64,000 nucleotides of DNA from Terriglobia bacterium (GTDB taxonomy: Bacteria; Acidobacteriota; Terriglobia; 20CM-2-55-15), in the NCBI GenBank assembly GCA_965198225.1, contig CBDAOY010000009.1, positions 864,001-928,000 on the forward strand. Direction: 5' to 3'. The position numbers and the translations under genes are program-made. Below, one piece after another: positions 22,473 through 31,492 of the stretch. The first letter of the stretch is position 1, and each line of letters starts with the position of its first letter. The notes under the pieces were generated by a model. It was not told where the DNA came from and ran no database searches. It saw only the letters and a program-made list of their open reading frames with translations.

Positions 22473-22663
22473 TCAGTTCCTTCGATCTGCCTTCGCGGAC
22501 TTCCAGTTGTGGAAATCGGATCCCAGGATAAAGAACTTCCGGCCAATTCGCATCGTCGGGATGCCGTCCTCCTCGATGATGCGGCGGAAGTGCCTGATGG
22601 AAAAGCCCGCCAATGACGCCGCTGTAGGTCCGCGTTGTTTGTAGGGGTCGCCTCTTTGAGCAT
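22473..22663 (-). pseudogene. Small excisionase-like HTH protein, frameshifted near the N-terminus
   Basis: AAGGAGG RBS then MLKEATPTNNAD; another frame gives AASLAGFSIRHFRRIIEEDGIPTMRIGRKFFI, an Xis/HTH_17-like pattern; 191 nt is not a multiple of 3. Confidence 0.5.
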
Positions 22664-23078
22664 CGCGCCGCCTCCTTTTCTCCCCTCCCCAGAGCAAGTC
22701 GTCTTCCAGACCCGGGCCGGGTTTCGGGTTCGAGAGAGTCGTGACGAAAGGTGGCGCCAGTGGCCGGGCTGGCCAGGATCGACGGGAGCGATCGGCAGGC
22801 CGGGCAGATAACGAAATCGAGGCACGCCCGTGCGAACGTCTCGAAATCACGTCCGTGCAGCCCTGCAAGTTATTCAGCCGATTGCCACAGGCCGTGCCCG
22901 ACCTGTTCGCTAAGGGCGTCGCCGGTGGTGTTCGGTTGGCGTTGCTCGGTTTCTGATGGCAAGGCGTCCGAGCTTCTGCTCAGTTAGAGAGCCGCGTTCG
23001 CACGAAAGCCGGCCTTATGGCTCCAGGCACGTGTGGGCGAGTCGGTCAATTCGATGACGATAGGGGTTGGAGGGAGTG

Positions 23079-24320
23079 TCAGGAAACTGAACAGTTTTTC
23101 CGGGGGGCGTCGCCCGTCCCGAGGGGGAGGGTCGGCCGAGAGTTGGAGTTTCTCGGCTTTCTCCGAGGGGGTCCGAGCGGAAACGAGAGTTGGAGTTTCT
23201 CGACAGCTTTCGAAATCTGGATCGATTCGAATCGTGCGGCCCGGTCGTTACCCAGCGCCAACTCGATGCTACCGAGATGAAACTGTGCGCCGGCCAGGTA
23301 TTCGTGGTTCCGCGCGAAGAGGACCCTTCGGAACAACTCCCTCGCTTCCCGAAGCTGACCGCTTCTTTCCAGAGTGGACGCCGTGTCGTACAGGGCCAGC
23401 GGCGAGTTGGAGCGGCCCGGCGCCTGTCGAATGCTGCTGATCTTCTGGAGTTCCTCCTGCGCGCCTTTCAGGAAGTAGTGTCTGTACACGTCCGAGAAAG
23501 CCTGCGCGGTGTCGTCGTCCAGCGTCGAGGTGGGGTCGGACTCCAGTATTTCGAGCCGTTCTACAGTCCGCGAGATTGAATCGGTGAGTTTTTCGTTCCG
23601 CAAGATTGCATCGATGTCGCCCAATTCCGGAGTGTGGTTCGGGAAACTGGAGTGGAGGTAGACGGCAGATTTCCCTTCTTCGAGCTCCCGGTGAATCAGG
23701 TCCAGGACCTCCATCGACTTGTGGTGATAGCCGACGGCCAGGGGGTGCAACCGAACCTCGAACCCCTTCCGCTTCAACCGCAGTCCCAGTTCAACGTCTT
23801 CGAGCCCGTAATGCGTAAAGCCTTCGTCAAACCCGCCGTTCTCGAGCACCAACGGCTTCCACAGGATTGTGTTTCCCGTCGATAGGTTCGCCAGAGGTTG
23901 AGGCTGATCCCCGGCCAGATCGCGGAACGGTCCGTGCTTTTCCAGCCAGTCCATGGTCAGTGTACGTCCGAGTTCTGGATCCCAGACCACGCGTCCGACG
24001 ATCGCACCCTTACGGTTCTTCCATTTTCGAAACGCGAATGCCAGCTCTTCGACCATCGACGGGGTAGCGTAGATGTCGTCATCCAGAATCAGGACGGTTT
24101 CGTGTAGCGCCTTGTGTAATCCGGTGTTGACGGTGGCGGCGCGTCCCCGGTTGCTCCCGTGCCGAACGAGGCGGACATGGTCAGGGCACTCGACCCGCAC
24201 CAGGGAACCATCGTCGACGACGATGACGTCGGCGTCAGGGTAGTTCAGGTGCTCCAGGCACTGCGAGATACTGCCGTTCCTGTTATAGGTCGGGATGATG
24301 ATGCTCAGTTCGGTGCTCAT
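23079..24320 (-). CDS. GT2 glycosyltransferase with C-terminal TPR; 3' end probably corrupted
   Basis: LSIIIPTYNR, VVDDGS, LILDDD, GGFDEGF..YGLEDVE; TPR-like helices; 19-bp duplication at 23137/23184. Confidence 0.8.
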   Translation of the reverse strand: MSTELSIIIPTYNRNGSISQCLEHLNYPDADVIVVDDGSLVRVECPDHVRLVRHGSNRGRAATVNTGLHKALHETVLILDDDIYATPSMVEELAFAFRKWKNRKGAIVGRVVWDPELGRTLTMDWLEKHGPFRDLAGDQPQPLANLSTGNTILWKPLVLENGGFDEGFTHYGLEDVELGLRLKRKGFEVRLHPLAVGYHHKSMEVLDLIHRELEEGKSAVYLHSSFPNHTPELGDIDAILRNEKLTDSISRTVERLEILESDPTSTLDDDTAQAFSDVYRHYFLKGAQEELQKISSIRQAPGRSNSPLALYDTASTLERSGQLREARELFRRVLFARNHEYLAGAQFHLGSIELALGNDRAARFESIQISKAVEKLQLSFPLGPPRRKPRNSNSRPTLPLGTGDAPRKNCSVS

Positions 24321-24345
24321 GGCGGTTGGATCCGCAGCATGTATC

Positions 24346-24361
24346 GCAACCGACGGTCCAA
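24346..24361 (-). promoter_or_regulatory. Possible sigma-54 promoter upstream of the GT2 gene
   Basis: Minus strand TTGGACCGTCGGTTGC (GG-N10-GC), about 25 nt before the ATG at 24320. Confidence 0.35.
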
Positions 24362-24476
24362 ACACCCAGGCCTTGCTTTTCAGTGGATTGCAACGATCTG
24401 CTGCCCGCTCAGGTCCATAGATTTGACGGTGTCCCGGTTTCGGTGACCGGCAGCCGTCACCGGTCCGCCCAGGGGC

Positions 24477-25775
24477 TCACGTTCGGAAGGAATCAGCCTT
24501 GAGTCGCTCTAGAGCGTGCAATGCCTCTCGGTGCCCCGGCTCCCGCTGGAGCACGCTCTCGAACTGGCCCGTCGCACCATCCCGATCACCCAAGGCTTCC
24601 AACGTCATGGCCAGGTAGAATCGCGCGCTGAGATCCAGACCCGGAAATAGATGTGAGGCGCCCAGCAGAAAGCGGAGTTCGGTCGATGCCTGCCCGAGGT
24701 GACCGTCGCGGAACAGCTCTTTCGCCCTCTGCAGTTGACGCAGAATGAGCGCCTCCACTTCGGAGGTCGGTTTCTTGAATCCCCTGAAGACAGCCTTTGG
24801 GATCTGGCCGCTCCGGTTGAGATAGTGGGCCAGCACCACCTGCTCGTTCCTTCCGCTCTGGAAGTGGCGGACGGCTTCTTCTACCTCTTCCGCGACCTCT
24901 CGCGCCTCTTCTCGAAGGCTGGCCAAGAGGACGGCGAGATCCTCGGCGAAGGCGTCCCGAACGAGAATGGTCGTCAGCTCACCGTAGACGGATGCCCGGC
25001 TGCGTCTTGTCCGATTCGAAAGCCACGACACCACCTTTGGAAGACCGTGTTTCTCGAGGAAGTGTCGTTTGGCGATCAGGGCTAGTTCGGTCGTGTAGCC
25101 GCGGGCGTGGATGTCGGGTTTCGAATCGTGAACCCGGGAATCATGCAAGGGCTCTTCCAGGAGTGCAACTTCGCTTCGCATTGCTATTTCGAGCCAGAGC
25201 AGGTAGTCGGATACCTTCCCCAAGTCGGGCAGCCTGTCGTCGTTTTCCAGCAACGGACCGATGGCGTCGAGGAGTTCTCTTCTCACGAGGACCGTTCCCG
25301 CGTTGATGAAGTTGCCTGCCAGCAGGCGGAAGAACGCGCGCTCGCCGGTGCAGTTCTCCGGAACCGTGACGGAGTGAGTCGCCCCGGCCTGGTCGATGTG
25401 CCTGTAGGCGGTGTGGACCATGCCTGCCGCCGGCCGGTCTTCCATCACCCGGACCATGGTCCCCAGGCATTCCCGCCGACAACGACCGGCGGCGTTCATC
25501 CAGCTGAAGTATTGGCCCCGCATCGCCCGGATGCCCACATTGACTGCTCGAGAAGAGGTGGCCGGGCCATCGTGCAGACGGATCAGTCGAACCTTCTCGG
25601 GAAGTCGGCTGACGTACCTGCCGGCGATGCCGAGGGAGTCGTCTGTGGATGTGTCGTCCACGATGATGACTTCCCACTCCTCAAAAGACTGCGAGAGTAC
25701 GCTGTCCAGGCATTCAGAGAGAAAATGACCGCGGTTGTAGTTTGGTAGGACGATCGATACGACTGGCGTTCTCAT
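24477..25775 (-). CDS. GT2 glycosyltransferase with C-terminal TPR
   Basis: VSIVLPNYNRGHFL..CLDSVLSQ, IVDDTSTD; C-terminal ARFYLAMTLEALGDRDGA...EPGHREA TPR. Confidence 0.82.
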   Translation of the reverse strand: MRTPVVSIVLPNYNRGHFLSECLDSVLSQSFEEWEVIIVDDTSTDDSLGIAGRYVSRLPEKVRLIRLHDGPATSSRAVNVGIRAMRGQYFSWMNAAGRCRRECLGTMVRVMEDRPAAGMVHTAYRHIDQAGATHSVTVPENCTGERAFFRLLAGNFINAGTVLVRRELLDAIGPLLENDDRLPDLGKVSDYLLWLEIAMRSEVALLEEPLHDSRVHDSKPDIHARGYTTELALIAKRHFLEKHGLPKVVSWLSNRTRRSRASVYGELTTILVRDAFAEDLAVLLASLREEAREVAEEVEEAVRHFQSGRNEQVVLAHYLNRSGQIPKAVFRGFKKPTSEVEALILRQLQRAKELFRDGHLGQASTELRFLLGASHLFPGLDLSARFYLAMTLEALGDRDGATGQFESVLQREPGHREALHALERLKADSFRT

Positions 25776-26044
25776 GATGTCGCTTCAGTTTCGGGATTCA
25801 GACACGCTTACGGCGTGCTAGTGGCGATACGGGAGTCGGAGCTGTACCCACTATCCCGAATCTCCCGCATCACATCAGCAGCTTCAATTCCAAAGCGCAG
25901 CGGAAAACAATAATCGAACCATAAATAGTCGTTTCGACAACGCGTTGAGGCCGTTCTCCGCAGGCGGACCAAAACATGACGACTAAGTCGCTAGCGCTGG
26001 GAGAGGGCAAATGCTGACCGCTGACGGCGTGGACCACCCACAGT

Positions 26045-26073
26045 TTGACACCTCCGGATTGTGCTCCTATCCT
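26045..26073 (+). promoter_or_regulatory. Sigma-70 promoter, probably giving a leaderless mRNA
   Basis: TTGACA (26045-26050), 17 bp, TATCCT (26068-26073); ATG at 26080 with no SD. Confidence 0.6.
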
Positions 26074-26079
26074 CACTCT

Positions 26080-27003
26080 ATGTTGCCGATTCCACCGGCT
26101 CTCGAAGTCGCATCGCTTTCGAAGACCTACCGCCGATGGTGGTCGAGAAAGGGCGTGCGTGCCCTCGACGATGTCAACTTGACGATTGAGCGGGGGTCGA
26201 TCTTCGGCCTGCTCGGCCCGAACGGTGCCGGAAAGACATCCCTGATCAAGATCGCGTTGACGATTGCGCGTCCTACCAGCGGTCGGGTGCGACTATTGGG
26301 CGAAGACACACGCAACCGGTCGGTTTTTCGCCGGGTGGGTTACCTCCCGGAAAACCCACGATTTCCAACCCACCTTAGCGCCAACAACGTGCTGCGTCTG
26401 TATGGAAGCATGAGTGGCCGCGACATGGCCTACATCCGCGAGAAGGGGCCGGAATGGCTCGAACGGGTTGGTCTGAGCGGCTGGGAGCGGACCAAGGTCG
26501 CGAAGTTTTCCAAGGGAATGGTCGAGCGCCTGGCGTTCGCTCAGGCCGTGATTCACGACCCGGACCTGATCTTCCTGGACGAGCCGACCGATGGCCTGGA
26601 CCCGGTTGGTCGGATGGAGATCCGGAAGATTTGTCGTGAACTCGCCGATCAAGGAAAGACTGTCTTCATCAACTCGCATATCCTGGCCGAAATCGAGATG
26701 GTTTGCGACCGGGTCGCGCTGATGAAGCACGGGCGCATCGTCGACGTCGGTACGGTTTCGGAGTTCACATCGGGCGGGGAGGCCTACGAGGTTACGGTGG
26801 CGGCCGATGATGGTTTGAAGGTGTGGTTCCAGACCCAGGATCTGGAGTACACGTCCACCAACGGTCGTCTTCATGTGACGCTCGCCGACCGGAGTTCAGC
26901 AAATCAGCTCATCGATGCCCTGAGGAGGCGGGGGGTTGAGATCGATTCCGTGCGGCCGCGGAGCAAGACGCTCGAATCGGTGTTTCTGGAAAGGGTCGGC
27001 TGA
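26080..27003 (+). CDS. ABC-2 type transporter ATP-binding protein
   Basis: GPNGAGKT, FSKGM, FLDEPTDGLDP, NSHIL. Confidence 0.92.
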   Translation: MLPIPPALEVASLSKTYRRWWSRKGVRALDDVNLTIERGSIFGLLGPNGAGKTSLIKIALTIARPTSGRVRLLGEDTRNRSVFRRVGYLPENPRFPTHLSANNVLRLYGSMSGRDMAYIREKGPEWLERVGLSGWERTKVAKFSKGMVERLAFAQAVIHDPDLIFLDEPTDGLDPVGRMEIRKICRELADQGKTVFINSHILAEIEMVCDRVALMKHGRIVDVGTVSEFTSGGEAYEVTVAADDGLKVWFQTQDLEYTSTNGRLHVTLADRSSANQLIDALRRRGVEIDSVRPRSKTLESVFLERVG

Positions 27004-27836
27004 TGTGGATGCCACTCAAACCAGGGGTGTTTCTCGATACGTTCGAGGAGTCGTTCCGGAACAAAATGTTCCTGTTCTTCTTCGTGATTTCATCGCTGAT
27101 CATCGGCTCCATCGGCCTGGCGCTGAACATGGACATCGTCACCGGAGCAATCACCGGGGTGACGTTCTTCGGAGAGGAACTCGAAATCCCTCGGATGACG
27201 GTTCAGCAGTTCATCAACGCGGTACAGGCCGGTCTGGCTACGTTGATTGCCACCATCGGCCTCTTTCTGGCTCTGATGGCGACGGCGACGCTGTTCCCGC
27301 TGATGCTTCAGAAGGGCAGCGTTGAGTTGATTCTCTGCAGGCCCGCGCCGCGGTGGCGGCTTTTGCTGGCCCGGTTCGTCGGAGGGACCGCCATCATGGC
27401 GTTGAACGCCGCCTACCTGATGGTCGGTGTCTGGCTCGTCCTCGGTTACAAGTCGGGGATCTGGAATACCGGGTTTCCGAAGTCGACGATCTTCATCGTT
27501 CTGGCGTTTGTCTTTCTGTACTCTGCCGTGATGGCGTTCTCGGTGATGACGGAAAACGGTTCCGTGGGACTGCTGGCAGGGTACGCCATCCTGATGTTTT
27601 CGCCGATCCTTGCCGCCCACGAACGGATCACCCCGGTGTTCTCAAAGGAACTTTACCGGGACATGTTTCGTTCTCTGTATTGGGTGCTGCCCAAGGTGGC
27701 CGAGCTGATTGGGGCGGTCCGGGGTGTTATCGCCGGCACGCCTCTGGAGATCGAAATGGTACTGGCGACCTCCGCGCTGTTCGCCGCCGGTTGTTTTTCT
27801 GTCACGATGATATACTTCACGAGAAGAGACTATTAG
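27003..27836 (+). CDS. ABC-2 type transporter permease
   Basis: About 6 TM segments, ends FTRRDY; overlaps the ATPase stop (TGATG). Confidence 0.85.
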   Translation: MWMPLKPGVFLDTFEESFRNKMFLFFFVISSLIIGSIGLALNMDIVTGAITGVTFFGEELEIPRMTVQQFINAVQAGLATLIATIGLFLALMATATLFPLMLQKGSVELILCRPAPRWRLLLARFVGGTAIMALNAAYLMVGVWLVLGYKSGIWNTGFPKSTIFIVLAFVFLYSAVMAFSVMTENGSVGLLAGYAILMFSPILAAHERITPVFSKELYRDMFRSLYWVLPKVAELIGAVRGVIAGTPLEIEMVLATSALFAAGCFSVTMIYFTRRDY

Positions 27837-27850
27837 TTGAGGTTCCTGCC

Positions 27851-28774
27851 ATGAAATGGGTTATCGGTGTCTTCGCCCTTGCGGCAACGATCGCCGTCGT
27901 CGCCGGCTTTCCGGGCGCCACAGCCGAGGCGGTCAGTCCGGATGAAGAGTTATTGAAGCTTTTCCCCGCTGACACCGATGGTGTCGGGTTCATCGACGTA
28001 GCCGAGCTGCGTGACAACCCGCTGGTAGACGACCTGGTCCAGACCCGGCTGAGAGGCCGCGCCCGGCGCGGCCTGGACGAATTCACTGAGCGAACAGGTC
28101 TCGATCCGATTAGAGATCTGGAACAGGTGATGGTCGGGCGCACGGGACGGGATAGCTTTCTGGTCGTCGCCCGCGCGAGCTATGACGCCGTTCGCGTCTC
28201 GCAGTTTTTCGGCGACCGGGATGTCGTTTCCGAAGCGTATCTCGGCCGAACCATGTACAGGCCCCAAGCGGATGACGACTGGGTCGTGTCTTTCATCGAC
28301 GACCTTGTTCTGGGAGGTTCGGACGATGCCGTTCGAGGGGCTATCGACCGGCTGGCCGCTCCCGATTCCAGCGCCCTGGACAACCAGTCGCTCGTCGACG
28401 CGATCTCCTCGATCGACGACGGAAACCAGGTTTGGGCCGTGGGAGCCTTTTCGTTGCTGCTTCCGGCCGGGATTGCTCCGCCCATGGCGACAGATCTGGT
28501 CGATTCACTCGAGCGTGGCACCTACCAGATGAGGCTCGACACGGCTTTGACGGCGCGTGCCATCGGAGATTTTTCGAGTCCCGAGATGGCACGGAGGACC
28601 ACGGATTTATTGCGCGGTTTTATCGCTCTCGGCAAGATGCAGGCCGTCGAGCGTATGGAGCTGATCGAACTGCTCGACGGAGTCGCGATCGATGCCGTGG
28701 ACTCTTCCGTACACATCAATTTTGAGGCGGACGGAGAACTGCTCCGGCGGTTGGGCGATGTAGCGGAACAGTAA
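27851..28774 (+). CDS. Hypothetical secreted protein
   Basis: Signal peptide MKWVIGVFALAATIAVVAG; GAGG RBS; ORF-track upstream extension rejected. Confidence 0.7.
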   Translation: MKWVIGVFALAATIAVVAGFPGATAEAVSPDEELLKLFPADTDGVGFIDVAELRDNPLVDDLVQTRLRGRARRGLDEFTERTGLDPIRDLEQVMVGRTGRDSFLVVARASYDAVRVSQFFGDRDVVSEAYLGRTMYRPQADDDWVVSFIDDLVLGGSDDAVRGAIDRLAAPDSSALDNQSLVDAISSIDDGNQVWAVGAFSLLLPAGIAPPMATDLVDSLERGTYQMRLDTALTARAIGDFSSPEMARRTTDLLRGFIALGKMQAVERMELIELLDGVAIDAVDSSVHINFEADGELLRRLGDVAEQ

Positions 28775-28790
28775 GGGTCACGTACCTAAG

Positions 28791-28823
28791 AAAAGGGGCG
28801 CTCGTACGAGCGCCCCTTTTTTT
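28791..28823. terminator. Intrinsic terminator
   Basis: AAAAGGGGCGCTCGTACGAGCGCCCCTTTTTT. Confidence 0.85.
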
Positions 28824-28854
28824 GGTTTTTGAGTAACGTGCCGCGAGGGAGCCA

Positions 28855-29176
28855 ATGTGAGGGGACAGGGACTTGCCCTGTCCCCGGGTGTGTGCTGATC
28901 AGAAGTGTTGGGTATAGCCCTGTCCCCGCGTGTGTGCTGATCAGAACGGTCCCGGAACGCCGGATCGCAAATCTTTCTATTGCAGAATCCGCATTGGAGA
29001 TTTGGCGATTCGAGATTTGAAATTGTAGATCGAAAGACAGGTGTAGGTGCGGTCTGTGACCGCACGTTGTTTCGGTCCGAGAAGTGTGCGGTCATAGACC
29101 GCCCCTACACCGTTGTCCCCCGGCTTTTCTGCTTAGCGAAGACCCGGGGACAGGGCAAGTCCCTGTCCCCCTCACC
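28855..29176. repeat. Composite repeat mosaic: GTGA-REP, family D, GTAG REPIN (29043-29108), inverted GTGA-REP
   Basis: Each part matches copies elsewhere in the window. Confidence 0.75.
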
Positions 29177-29213
29177 ACAGAGAGCGGTGCCTCCGCCGCT
29201 CGACCGGGGGTGC

Positions 29214-30533
29214 CTACCTGGCTCCGCTCATTGAGGCCAGGAAGTCCGCGTTCGCCTTGGTCTTGCCCATCTTTTCGAGCAGCAATTCCATCGCCTCGAC
29301 CGTCGAAAGCGGATTGAGAACCTTACGCAGGATCCATATGCGGGTCAACTCGTCCTTCGAAACCAGCAGCTCTTCCTTCCGCGTTCCGGACCGGTTGATG
29401 TCGATGGCCGGGAACACGCGCTTGTCGACGAGCTTCCGGTCCAGACCGATCTCCATGTTGCCCGTACCCTTGAACTCCTCGAAGATGACGTCGTCCATTC
29501 GGCTGCCCGTGTCGATCAGGGCCGTGGCGATGATCGTCAGGCTACCACCCTCCTCGATGTTGCGCGCAGCGCCGAAGAACCGTTTCGGACGTTGCAGCGC
29601 GTTCGAGTCGACTCCGCCGGAGAGGACCTTACCGGACGGCGGCACGATCGTGTTGTAGGCGCGCGCCAGCCGGGTTATAGAGTCCAGCAGAATCACGACG
29701 TCACGCTTGTGTTCCACGAGGCGTTTCGCTTTTTCGATCACCATCTCGGCGACCTGCACGTGGCGGGAGGCAGGTTCATCGAAGGTTGAACTGATCACCT
29801 CTCCGTTCACGGACCGCTGCATGTCGGTCACTTCCTCGGGACGCTCGTCGATCAGCAGGACGATCAGGATGACTTCCGGTTGGTTCGCCGTGATCGAGTT
29901 TGCGATCGTTTGAAGGAGCATGGTCTTGCCCGTGCGCGGCGGCGCGACGATCAGTCCTCGTTGTCCCTTGCCGATGGGGGTGAGCAAGTCGAGCACCCGG
30001 GCCGACAGGTTGTCTTTCTCGGTTTCCAGCTTTAACCGTTCGTCCGGATAGAGCGGGGTCAGGTTGTCGAAAAAGATCTTGTTGCGCGCCTGATCGGGAT
30101 GCTCGAAGTTGACGGCTTCGACCTTGATCAGGGCGAAATACCGTTCGCCTTCCTTCGGGGGGCGGACCTGTCCCGATACCGTGTCGCCTGTTCTCAGGTC
30201 GAACTTTCGTATCTGAGAAGGCGAGACGTAGATGTCGTCCGGGCCCGGCAGGTAGTTGTAGTCCGGCGCGCGCAGAAAACCGAAGCCGTCCGGCAGAGTC
30301 TCCAACACACCTTCGCTGAAAATGAAGCCGCTCTTTTCAGTCTGGGCCTGGAGGATCTTGAAGATCAGCTCCTGTTTCCGCATCCCCGATGCTCCCTGGA
30401 TGTTCAGGTCTTTGGCGACCTGGGTCAGGGAGGAGATGTTCATCTCCTTCAACTGGGCGATGTCCATCGCCGCGGTGCCGTCCGGGCGTTCTGTTACGAG
30501 TTTTTTTGTCACTGGCGGGTTTTTCTTACTCAT
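29214..30533 (-). CDS. rho: Transcription termination factor Rho
   Basis: [44 protein letters not shown]. Confidence 0.96.
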   Translation of the reverse strand: MSKKNPPVTKKLVTERPDGTAAMDIAQLKEMNISSLTQVAKDLNIQGASGMRKQELIFKILQAQTEKSGFIFSEGVLETLPDGFGFLRAPDYNYLPGPDDIYVSPSQIRKFDLRTGDTVSGQVRPPKEGERYFALIKVEAVNFEHPDQARNKIFFDNLTPLYPDERLKLETEKDNLSARVLDLLTPIGKGQRGLIVAPPRTGKTMLLQTIANSITANQPEVILIVLLIDERPEEVTDMQRSVNGEVISSTFDEPASRHVQVAEMVIEKAKRLVEHKRDVVILLDSITRLARAYNTIVPPSGKVLSGGVDSNALQRPKRFFGAARNIEEGGSLTIIATALIDTGSRMDDVIFEEFKGTGNMEIGLDRKLVDKRVFPAIDINRSGTRKEELLVSKDELTRIWILRKVLNPLSTVEAMELLLEKMGKTKANADFLASMSGAR

Positions 30534-30596
30534 GTGGGGTTTGTGTGAAATTGTGGTGTCCCGGTCGCGGATCCTGGCGGATCCAGCGTCCTCCAC

Positions 30597-31172
30597 CTAG
30601 GAAATCGCAGTTCGTATCCTGGTCAAGACGGTGTCCTTACCAAGACGCTTGACTGCTGAGAATGGAATCACTTCGTCGGCCGCGAGGGCTTCCGTGGTCC
30701 TCGTAATCGACTTGTTGAGTTGATTCCGTGAAAGTTTGTCTGCTTTGGTCAGAATGATGGCGTTCTCTATAGCGTAATGGTCCAGCCACTCCTTCATCGA
30801 AACATCATTCGGGGTGGGCGGGATTCGGCAGTCAATGAGCAACAATGCCAGTCTCAGCTGCGGGCGATCCCGCAGATACCCTTCGACCATCTTCTTCCAG
30901 CCGGCTTGCACCGTTTTGGGTACCTTCGCGTATCCGTATCCGGGCAGGTCGACGAAGTAAAAGCGATCATTGATCGAATAGAAATTAACTGTCTGTGTGC
31001 GACCTGGCGACGAACTGATCCGGGCCAGGCCACCGATGTTGACCAGCGCGTTCAGCAATCTCGATTTTCCGACGTTCGACCGGCCAATGAATGCTATCTC
31101 CTGAAATTGATCACGGGGAAAGTCCGCCGGTTTCAGGGCACTCTTGACAAATCGGGCGGAAGTAACTTTCAC
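30597..31172 (-). CDS. yihA: Ribosome biogenesis GTPase YihA/YsxC
   Basis: GRSNVGKS, PGRT, DLPGYGYA, TKADK; downstream of lon. Confidence 0.93.
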   Translation of the reverse strand: MKVTSARFVKSALKPADFPRDQFQEIAFIGRSNVGKSRLLNALVNIGGLARISSSPGRTQTVNFYSINDRFYFVDLPGYGYAKVPKTVQAGWKKMVEGYLRDRPQLRLALLLIDCRIPPTPNDVSMKEWLDHYAIENAIILTKADKLSRNQLNKSITRTTEALAADEVIPFSAVKRLGKDTVLTRIRTAIS

Positions 31173-31331
31173 GGGAGGCTGAGCACGGATGGCTCATTTC
31201 CGAACCCACTTATTCTATCAATTCTCTACCAAAAAGATCCAGCCGGTAATCCACCGGACAAGATTCGGAGATCAAGAGCTGATTGCGCAGTCTGACAGTA
31301 AAACCCCCAAACTGCAGGATCAACCGTCTAG

Positions 31332-31492
31332 CAGGCTGCTGAAAAACTCCGTTTTTCGGCTGTCTGTGTCGCGGCATAGGATGTGCCGCCATTTTCGATG
31401 GCTGTAAGCCATTGAGAATGTGAGGCACCTGAGAATCACACTTCTCAGGTGACGTTGCTGAAAAAGCCACTGAGGGCTTTTTCAGCATCCTG
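31332..31492. mobile_element. MITE family B (161 bp) at the lon stop codon
   Basis: TIRs CAGGCTGCTGAAAAA / TTTTTCAGCATCCTG; CTAG at 31328-31331 and 31493-31496. Confidence 0.82.

Noticed and set aside
25818-25873. Additional CTAG-starting inverted repeat
   Set aside because: Single imperfect copy with no clear target duplication.
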